DNA of 64,000 nucleotides. Origin: Selaginella moellendorffii. Its lineage: Eukaryota; Plantae; Lycopodiophyta. Of this stretch, positions 38,762 to 48,370 are shown piece after piece (position 1 is the first letter of the stretch; each line of letters opens with the position of its first letter). The stretch lies in assembly GCF_000143415.4 (NCBI RefSeq), contig NW_003314309.1, positions 980,641-1,044,640 on the forward strand, written 5' to 3'. The notes under the pieces are model-generated. The model did no database searches, was not told the origin of the DNA, and saw only the letters and a list, made by a program, of their open reading frames with translations. The position numbers and the translations under genes were made by a program.

Positions 38762-39938
38762 CGGATGCGATTGACCCCACATTGCAGAGGAGAGTATTTC
38801 CGCCCTTCACGTTTCCTCGACCAAAACCCTCTCAACGACCATCGGGAGCACCATTCGCTAATATTGTAGATGGTAAAATTGACTTGTACCATTTTTTATG
38901 CTGACGCATTTCATTTCAGAGTCACAGCAAAGGTACTGTATCGTTTTTGATCTGAACGGTGTCCTTTTCTCCCATGAGCGTGGCTCGTCCTCGAATGTCA
39001 CTGCACCCTCCAAAGCCTGCGGTCACAAGTTGGTCAAAAGAGACAGATTCACATTAATCACACGGGAGAAACTGCGGGATCTAATAATGACCATGCGACA
39101 CTTAAAACAGAGGGCCGAGTTCAATTTGCAATTGGGAGTTTGGACATCCATGATGCGCCACAATGCATTAACGTTGCTACAGATGATGCACGATCAGACG
39201 CGAGTAATATTACCATTTGACTTTCTCCTAACGCAAGAGGATTGCTTGACTATGGTCCATGTGAGGGGTAGCAAGCCCATCTTGGGATAATGGGATAATG
39301 ACAATTCCCACTTTAACGAAATAGAGCTTAAATACCCACCACAATGAACCATGGACACTGTGCCTTCGAAATGTTGGAAATGTGTAGTCTTGATCTTGCA
39401 CCAGTTGTGGACATCCTGCTTCGTCTCCATCCCCTTTCATTTTGAGCTGACAAGAGGTGGTAGTTCAAAGAAGATATTGCCATTGTATGTAGATGGGAGC
39501 TCGCTAACAGGCCTATGCAGAAAGGAACGAACATTGATAGAGAGGCAGGAAAACTGGAAAGCATTGCAAACAGCTTGGAATATCAGTGAAGTTGAAGTTT
39601 GGAAATTCTTGGCTCGCATTGGACTAACATCTCCACTAGAACTAGAAGAGGAAGAAATGATGACAACCAACTCTTGCTTCACATTCACTTTAGCAGGATC
39701 ACAGCCTCGCACTTTGATTGGAGATCCAAAAACTCGAATCTCTTTCGACTTTGAATGTTGCAAATCCCAATGTTATCCACCTTCACCTACACCCGAAAGA
39801 AGAAACTCCGATCGTTTAACTACACCAATGTTGTTGCGAATCACAGCTTCCAATGAAATAGAACCGAGAGAAAGATCGAAACGTCGGCAAAGAAAACTTT
39901 CTGAAATAAGACTTTGGGAGAAAGAAAGCGGTGGGTGA
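34153..39938 (+). pseudogene. Cargo gene A: ParB/Srx-like domain, degenerate DNA amino-MTase-like domain, acidic/Pro-rich linker, FCP1-like HAD domain
   Basis: NHRLVSDEWVEKLKQKM..FYAVSGQHS (ParB-like); NPEKAP..KCVVEYNCGGLFFRAALLKGVLCVAV (degenerate SAM-binding motif I context); CIVFDLNGVLF..LGVWTS..LTQEDC (NIF/FCP1). Small GT-AG introns; the 38872-38919 intron joins the Pro-rich exon in frame to the HAD exon. Several in-frame stops. Confidence 0.6.
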
Positions 39939-40359
39939 TCTTGGTAATGCAAAAGGAAACCCTCCATTTTGTTGCCTTTAGGTTTTGGAACTTTGAACTT
40001 TTATAACGAAATGTCACCTCACATGTGCTATGCCATTATGTGAAAAGATAGGGGGATTTTATTCTAGGATCTAACATCGAATAATGTTGTTATAATAAAT
40101 TCTGTATGAAGTATATAAGACTATGTTGTACAATATTAAAAGTCTATATACATTGAATTCAAAAACATACTCAAATTTATTATATGCACTAACTTTTGGT
40201 AGAACGGAAAGAAATATCACCTCAAGCATGTGCCATAATATGAAAGATAGGAATGATTTTATTCTAGGATCTACCATCAACCAATTGTTGCCAAATAAAT
40301 TAAATATTGTACATATTTTCAGTACTTCATTAAAGCTAGAAATCATCACATTCTTCTGA

Positions 40360-40625
40360 ACTTGCGTGCCAAGTGCTTGGCCCGGGCATTTGGCCCAAGC
40401 CGGCCTTGGCACTTGGAGGCGGACCGGCGCCCGTACCAAGCGCCAAGGCCAACCGCCCGCGAGCCGGCCTTGGTGTTTGGAGGTGGGCCGGTTCTCTAGT
40501 GAACCGGCCCGCCTCCAAGTGCCAAGGCAAGGTTCTCGGACGGTTGGCCTTGGTGCAGGCTGGCCAAGGTGCTTGGGGGCGGCCTGGTTCGCCAGTGAAC
40601 TGGCGCCTGCACCAAGCCCACGCCC
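40360..40625. repeat. GC-rich island of nested CTTGG/CCAAG inverted repeats with a 60-bp hairpin (40468-40527)
   Basis: CCTTGGTGTTTGGAGGTGGGCCGGTTC-TCTAGT-GAACCGGCCCGCCTCCAAGTGCCAAGG; a further copy of the arm starts at ~40404. Confidence 0.85.
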
Positions 40626-40658
40626 TGTTCCACTCTTCTTATGCATTTATAATTTATA

Positions 40659-43600
40659 ATGAGTTTTTTTTATTTTCAGAAACAGAAGCAACTACAAAAG
40701 GAGAGGGATGTTGGATCAAAGAGAAGACATGAGGAAGATGAGATCCAGGACAACAATCAAGTTGACCTTCAGATAGAGATTTCCACAGTGACAACTCTAC
40801 CGTCTTCCCAACCAGATAGCTCCAGTCCACATGCACCCCCACCACCGCCATCGATGCCACCACCACCATTACCACCGCCACCACCTTCACCACCATTACC
40901 ACCACCGCCACCTTTACCTTCATCACCACCATTACCACCACCGTCATCACCACCATTACCACCACCGTCATCACCACCATTACCACCACCATTACCACCA
41001 CCACTGTCATCACCACCATTACCACCACCACTACCACCACCACTGTCATCACCACCATTACCACCACCACCGCCACCATCATCACCACCACCAGCGCAAC
41101 CATTGTCATCACTACCATTGCTGCCACAACCACAAATGCCACTACTCTTAACATATTCATAAAATATGCCAGAAACAGAGCAGTGCCCAAGTGCGCTTGA
41201 TGGTGGTGTTGGGCCCAAGTTGGGGGCTAGATCTGATAATGGTGCTATTGGAGGTGTAGCTGAAGCTGAAAGAGAAGTGGAGCTACCTGAACACATTGTC
41301 AACAAGCGCTTCCAAGAGACAGTTTTGAAAACTAAAGAGAAGGCCATTCACACGACTCTGGAGTCTCTCAAGTGGGAAGGCCTAGGGCACATGATCCGAG
41401 AAATCCCACTATGTCGATTCACTCAAACAAGCATCGTTCGGTCTGCTTCACCGCACTTCGTCAACATGGACATCTATAGTCTGTACAAACAGAATGGCCT
41501 TGGGACAAACATAGGTATGTTCCTTGTTTCAGTCTTCAAGCCAAGAACGACAAATACCCTCTTGGTGTCACTGGAAATCGAGAGGGATTGGGATGACATT
41601 TGGAAAATGAAGTTCTGTGAATTTGACATCAAGCTTATGAGCCATCCTAAGACTCAACAATTTGTGGGGAAAATGTTCTACATTATCGACGGGAATCATC
41701 GCTGGTGCGCGTGGATGAAGTGCATCCGAGAATGCTTCCGAGACGATCCTGTCTATCACATCAATGTTCCGGTTGGACATGTACACGCGAGAGGATCTCT
41801 AGATGTGGCAAGGCTTGTGATAGCTTGCCAGTCCTCTCCCTCTTCAATCACTTTTAACAATTTGTGTTTTGCAGGCTGGGACAGTTTGCAGTGCAGAAAC
41901 AAAGCCTAGTACATGATATCGAGCAGATCCGGTTTCTTGCCAATCTCGACGAGGATGCAGTCCGCAGCCACTATGGTGATGATTTAGCATCACTTATTCG
42001 GCATCAACGAGGTCATCAGGATGCCAATAGATGGTACAAGAATCTAGTGGCTTTTATGACAACTGTGTGGAGTAAGGTATGTTCTTTCAAGTATACTTCT
42101 TATCATAGAATGTTTGTGTTGTCTTCAGCCATTAGTGAAGGTTAAGCAAGATGCATATGCACAGTCGCATCGAGCTGAAAATGATCAAGAACTCTCAGAG
42201 CATTTAGCTACAATTGACAAAAAAATCAACAACACAAAGAAGACAAAGGTAAAGAAATTACTTAGTGTGGCTGACCCTCGACGCCCAAAGGAGTGGTTCG
42301 ATATTATAACAGAGATTGCTTGTCATGAAAGTAAGTATTGTTTGTGTTTACATGAAGGTTCTCACAAAAGTTATTTTTTCATGGGCAAGACTCCAGATGA
42401 GATTATTTACAACATCTCAAAGTCAAAGCTTACATATGAGGAACAGATACACATTCTGAACGACCTCAATAATAGACTCAGGGAAGGAGAAAAAGGTTTG
42501 GACAGTATGATGGAGATTGTGATGAGGAGGACTGTCTATATTTCACAAACTGTATATGAAGGGGAGATGTTTCTAGTGCCTTTCATAGGGGATGATTCTG
42601 AGCAACTTCCATTTAAGGATTTCGTCACCATTGAGCTTACAAAACTTGGAGAGGACTGACTGCCAAAGAAGGCCACAAGCACGACTCCATTTGATAAACA
42701 ACTTGGCCAACTTTACTTCATGCGTCGAGCGGCTTTCAAGTAACATACAATTTCTCAACTATACTCAATTGTTTATATTCTATTATAGGTATCTCCAATA
42801 TAGAGGCGTTCCTCTCGAAACACCGGTATGCACACGCCTCCTAAGGCATGGTGTGAGAGATGGAGGCATGTACCCGACAACAATGAAGTTTCCAGCAGCA
42901 ATAAAGCACGCTTGTCCTTGGGAATTGGAGATGCCAGATTATGAACCAACCCACCATGAGGCTGCAAGAGGCAACAATGATGGCGAAGATGATGGCCATG
43001 AGAATGTCGACCCTGTTGGTGCCAATGGCGAGCAGAGTAAAGATGGCGGTGAGAACGAGATTCTTCGAGACGAAGTCGAGCAAGAGAACTAGAACGTCCA
43101 AGAAGTTCTACCTCGACGAAAGCATGCAAATCCACATCTGGAGGAATTAGTCAACAGTGATGATGATCGTCCAAGACGTCCCCGTAACCGAGGAACTTCT
43201 CGAGGTATATTTCTTTTAATTCTCTCCTTTTCTTAGTTCCTTAAAATGGTTGTAGCAAAAACTGTCGGGAGTAACTTCATTCCAGCTCGTCTTGATGCTC
43301 GAGAAGAGGACTTGGAGGAACTTACATCTACCACACACCACATGACGGTATGTAAATTTTTCTTAAATTCACATCTTATCTTTGTCTTCTCCCCCTAGAT
43401 TCACCCTGTATCTCCAGTGGCATTCCATGGTGAAGTTGGGATCTTTATTGGCTCCTATAGTTCATTGATGGCATCTTTTGAGGAGGATGCTGAGAATATG
43501 GCTATCCGGCAAAAGTGGGAGCGCTTTTGTCAGAAGATCCAGGCGACCGCTCAAGAGCACAAACTTCATGCTCTTTGACATGCCAGATGGTCTTCCAGAC

Positions 43601-44258
43601 GCTAATGGTGATGTCCCAAGCTGGAACAACCTGACTAAAGACCACTTAAAGGATGCATTCCTTTTGGCAGCAATTCTCCTTCACACAACCGGTCAAGTTG
43701 CCTTCATTCTCCCGAATGACCCCTATTGGATGTCCTGCCTTATGAGGTATGCAACTCGAGTCAACTTCAAGAGGTTCTCTTCCGGATGCATCATGGATAG
43801 TGTTGGGGTCGAGACCAAAGGTGTCCTAGGCATGCCAGAGAAGGTAAGAAATCATTTTCTATTTTGGTTATCTCTAAAGTTTTATTATTCAGGTTATGAT
43901 GTGGACCTACCATGTGTTCTGTAGAAAAGAAATTGACGGTTTTCGTGATAGCAAGCGTGCTGCAAGGGTTTTGCCAGGGTATGATAGCTTTATTGACATC
44001 ATACCAAATCTCATAGACGACGACATCCGCAACACATTGTCTGGGTATCGGCTCCGATCTCCATCGGCGATGCATGTCCTACTTGAGCTTTATTGCCCAA
44101 CTAGGGGTGTTGTCATCGATTGCACAGCAGGTAGTGGTTCGATGGTCGAAGCAGCACGTGACTCTGGTAGATCGGTGTTTGTGATTGAAGAATATGAGTT
44201 CTTCAAACGCCGTCTTCGAGGTTTTCGTCCTTCTCTATCAGTTGCTTCTAGAAGGTAA
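40659..44258 (+). pseudogene. Cargo gene B: poly-proline N-terminus, ParB-like domain, beta-class N6-adenine/N4-cytosine DNA methyltransferase-like domain (multi-exon, with stops)
   Basis: FYIIDGNHRWCAW (~41680-41715). Motif IV-like FMLFDMPDGL (~43565-43594) precedes motif X/I LLELYCPTRGVVIDCTAGSGSMVEAARDSGRSVFVIE (~44078-44190). Confidence 0.75.
40835..41095 (+). repeat. CCA-rich repeat encoding (PPPLPPPSS)n
   Basis: Visible CCACCATTACCACCACCGTCATCA-like units. Confidence 0.9.
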
Positions 44259-44688
44259 TTTATGATGTTTTAAAAACTTATAAATAATATATATTTAGTT
44301 TTCTAGAAGTCTTCCTAGATATGCATGGCACATCATATGCAATGTGTAAATTGAGGAGTGGTATGAAAAATCTATTTATTAATGATACATTAAAAGACAA
44401 TTGAATGCATCCATTTACAATGAGAAAGATGTGTCACATGTCAATGTGATAATGATTGTGACACTGATAGTGTCAATGCAGCAGATAGCGACAATAATAG
44501 TGTCAGTGACAGAGACAGCGTCAGTGTCAGAGATGACAAAGTTACAGTGTCAGTCTGTCAAATTTCATAATTACTAGTATTATCAGTTTATTATCTATAG
44601 GTAATACAATTTTGTTAATAAAAAAAAGGCGAGAGCGGGGGGGGGATGAATAATATCATAGTGTAAGAATTATTAGTGGCTGGAATTT

Positions 44689-45237
44689 TCAGTTGGATGG
44701 CCTAAAAATACCATATTCAGCACTTGTGGATGTAGGATTTACTAATGGAATATTGTTCCTCACCATGAAATGATAATGATTGTGTGTTCTTAACTCTTTC
44801 TTGATTTTCTTATACATCCATTTATGCACACCTTCCACACCAGTTCTTGGGCAGTTGTGACAGTGTTCTAGAAAAGTTTCTAGACCCATACAGCCTTCCA
44901 TTTTATCTAAATAAAAGTAGCAGATGGGACACTAGAGATAATATGTGTTCATTCTTTCAAAAGTTTCAACCATATCAGGAGCAAGATCTTGAAGAAACAT
45001 TTGGCATCGCTCTTGAAGCACATAAGGCAATCCATCTTTAGTAGCAACATCTAGAACATTATCTGGAAGAGGGATCTCTTATTCAGTCACACTTGGGGCT
45101 ACAAAAGAAAAAGCCTCACAACGATTGATGTATGGAGGGAAGGGTGGAATGTTGGTAGAAGTTGGAGATGGAGGTGGAGACTCATATGAAATGCATGGGG
45201 GCCAAGTGCGAGTAGCAATAGCATTTTCCCTAACCAT
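44689..45237 (-). pseudogene. Disrupted tandem paralog of the 45496-46047 gene
   Basis: EGCMGLETFLEHCHNCPRTGVEGVHKWMYKKIKKEL..NIPLVN..SAEYGIF aligns to the neighbouring ORF; the 5' part is disrupted. Confidence 0.75.
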
Positions 45238-45495
45238 TCCTACACTCTAAACAAACTGAAATTTCAATGTTGAAAGCATCCCTTGTTGGTATTTATACTA
45301 AGAAAAGATCTAGGGGTTTTTGAAAGTTTAAATTGTCAGTCTCAAAAATGGGACTTCAGGATTATAACAGTGTAAGAACCACTTGTATATATAATAATAT
45401 CTTTATATATGCTAGAATAATATCATTCTTGAAAATATAAGATTCTCCACTTTACTCATAAAGAATTAACCTTTTGAAAAAACTATGCATGACTT

Positions 45496-46047
45496 TTACA
45501 TTACATTAAAGGGTGGCTTAAATATCCCATATTCAGCACTTACTGATGCAGTGTTCACCAATGGAATATTGTTCTCCACCATGAAATCATAATAGCTGTG
45601 TGTTTTTAATTCTTTTTTGATTTTCTTATACATCCACGTGTGCACACCTTCCAAACCCGCTCTCGGGCATTTGCGACAATGCTCAATAAAATTTACCAAA
45701 CCCATGCAACCATCTATCTTGTTTAAATAAAAGTTGCATATAGGACACTGAAGATAATATGTATCTACATTAAGCTCCCTTGCCATATCTGGAGCAAAAT
45801 CTTGAAGAAAATATTGACATCGCTCTTGAAGCATTGGAGGCAATCCAACTTTTTTAACATCATAAGGAAGGAGTTCTTGTTCAGTTGCATTCGAAGTCGC
45901 AAATGGAAGAGCCTCACAACATCCCTCAAAATGAAAAGGAGGATTGTTGCATAGAGGTGAAGGTGGATTATTGGTTGAGATTGGAGATGGAGGTGAAGAC
46001 TCATATGAGAGGCCTTTGAGACCAAAAGTAAACTTCTTCCTAACCAT
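45496..46047 (-). CDS. Small unknown Cys/His-rich protein (CPIC..HCRKC), transposon cargo
   Basis: Open 183-aa frame from ATG 46047. Amino-acid-level conservation with the tandem copy supports coding status. Confidence 0.65.
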   Translation of the reverse strand: MVRKKFTFGLKGLSYESSPPSPISTNNPPSPLCNNPPFHFEGCCEALPFATSNATEQELLPYDVKKVGLPPMLQERCQYFLQDFAPDMARELNVDTYYLQCPICNFYLNKIDGCMGLVNFIEHCRKCPRAGLEGVHTWMYKKIKKELKTHSYYDFMVENNIPLVNTASVSAEYGIFKPPFNVM

Positions 46048-47137
46048 TGCAACACACAAGAAGAATTAAACTTCTTAGCAATAAGAATTCTCTCATTAAT
46101 ATACTATATTTCAATCTTAGGAATGATGTTTTATTATGACATGACACTATATTGAATGATAATTGTCAGTCTTAGTAATTACAACCTACTATGAGAGACA
46201 AGTGGCTATAGGGTTTCAGAAGCTAAAAACTAGCATATAATTAATATGTAGCCTTATTTTATATAGTTGGCCTGCCATATATAATAATAGCGAATATACA
46301 CAGGCACACGAGTATGCCTTTTTGCAAGATTACCTTTCAATCCCAAAATCATATATAGATTTAATTCTTTGATTTATCCATATCATATATCTTTGCAAAG
46401 ACAAAACATATCAAAAGGAATAAGATATATATAAAAAACTTACATTTTTTTATAATATTTTAGTGGATTACAAAAGCCATTGAAAGGTTTATAGAGTGGA
46501 TTTATTAGTGTTTTCCGCTGTGCTGTCCATTTCTTCTTTTCTCTTGCTCTAGATTGTTATTTCGAAAGTAACAGGAGCATTTTTATCAATAGTGACAGTG
46601 GTCTCCACATTCCCAGATGGGTAATAAGGACCAGGCATGGAATATGGAGATTATGGTAGTGAAACAAAATTAACATTCTCACATTTCTGTATGCTAGAAC
46701 TACTTACAGATTTTTTGTCTTCCTTGCTTCTCTGTAAACCCTAAAAAATGAACAAGTGAATCAGTGTTTCAAATTATTTATATATTTCTAGTCAATTGTT
46801 GAAATGTTAAAATGTTGAAATGTATAATAGAAATTTTAGGTTCATTCGAACTTCAATATTCCCATTTTATTTGGGACCAATAAAGCCCAAAAATTTCTAT
46901 GGGTTCAGACGAACTTCTAATTCTAGAAATTGTATAAACTGCATTAGAAAGATTCAAAAAATAGAAATCTCTGAACCATTGATACTTAAATTCATAAATT
47001 TCAAGTTCACCAAAGAATAATATTTTTCTGACTTAATATTTCCTTATAAAACTTATGGTTGACTATGTTGACTAGCATTGACTTGAGCTGAATTGAGCTC
47101 AACCCGTGAGCTCAACTCAACTTTGGACCATCCCCCC

Positions 47138-47616
47138 AATAGGGGACAGAGTCATAGTCAAGGTGAGAATCCCAAGGGAAGTGCACATTCCATTTGAAAT
47201 CAAACTTAAGCAAAAGAAGGGAGATGAGTCAAGGAGGATTCAAGTCATGTTGCTTTCAAATCCAAACATTTGCATTATCTGCCGAAGGACAGGAGACATT
47301 GGGAAAAATTGCTTGGCAAAAGGAGCAAGCATGGGGGAGGTTTAAGAGCTAATGGAGGAGAGATAAAAGATAACTAGTGGGTTGGAAGGGAAGAAATGGG
47401 GTGTCAAAGTGGAAAGAGAACCAAAGAAGAGATCTACTTCAAGTGGAGAAAGCAAGAAACCTTGAATCAAAGGTCAAAAGTTTTGATTTCCTATATATGC
47501 AAGAGTATAGACTCTCAAGTGTGGATTTGGTTTACAAGTTCACAAAAGGAAAATATTTTTGGAATCCAATAGTTGCATGCAATGGGGGTACACTAATAAT
47601 GGTTAAGGGATCATGG
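47138..47616 (+). mobile_element. L1 LINE middle fragment (ORF1 zinc knuckle, start of APE endonuclease)
   Basis: CIICRRTGDIGKNC; FDFLYMQEYRL..GGTLIMVK. Confidence 0.75.
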
Positions 47617-47849
47617 TGTGAGACACAAAATCCCTAGGCCCCAAAGTGGAGCCGGAAGGGCGCCACATGGTAGTGGCCGAAGCGAGAGCCAAACGAGCGT
47701 AACACGTTTGGACCAAAAGCTCCGACTTGAAAAGTCAAGAGCGGGAGTGGAACTCTCAACGAAGTGCTCGAGGAACGAGCACGAAGAGAGCAAAAGGCGA
47801 GGCTCCAAAAAGGGACCCAAAAGGGCCAACACATGACATGTCGGAGTGT

Positions 47850-48370
47850 CCAAGATGGACTCGAGTTGGAGTCCAAAGTGGAGTCCGAGATGGACCCGAG
47901 TTGGAGTCCGAAGTGGAGTCCGAGATGGACCCGAGTTGGAGTCCGAAGTGGAGTCCGAGATGGACCCGAGATGGAGTCCGAGATGGAGTCCGAAGTGGAG
48001 TCCAAGGTGGACCCGAGATGGACCTGAGTTGGAGTCCGAAGTGGAGTTCGAGATGGACCCGAGATGGAGTCCGAGATGGAGTCCGAGATGGAGTCCGAGG
48101 TGGACCCGAGATGGACCCGAAATGGAGTCCGAGATGGAGTCCGAGATGGACCCGAGATGGAGTCCGAGATGGAGTCCGAGATGGACCCGAGATGGACCCG
48201 AGATGGAGTCCAAGCTGGAGTCCGAGATGGAGTCCGAGATGGAGTCCGAGATGGAGTCCGAAGCCGAGACCGAGACCGAGATCGGGACCGAGACCAAGAC
48301 CGAGGCCGAGGCCGAGACCGAGCCCGAGCCCGAGTCCGAGTCCGAGTCCGAGTCCGAGTCCGAGTCCGGA
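47850..48370. repeat. CCGAG-core minisatellite inside the LTR (copy at ~53705-54220)
   Basis: GAGTCCGAGATG / GACCCGAGATG units grading into (GAGTCC)n. Confidence 0.95.

Larger units (their letters stand above)
24043..47137. mobile_element. Giant (23.1 kb) Sola-like DNA transposon with cargo genes
   Basis: Left end GGGAGCGTGGACCATATTTGAG vs reverse complement of right end GGGGGGATGGTCCAAAGTTGAG (16/22 ungapped). TTGAGCT subterminal repeats at both ends. TSD AATA (24039-24042 / 47138-47141). The flanks rejoin into one LINE reading frame. Confidence 0.85.

Noticed and set aside
40654-41347. Extensin/formin gene, or poly-His, poly-Val and poly-Gly ORFs
   Set aside because: Alternative frames of one CCA repeat; no FH2 domain or signal peptide seen.
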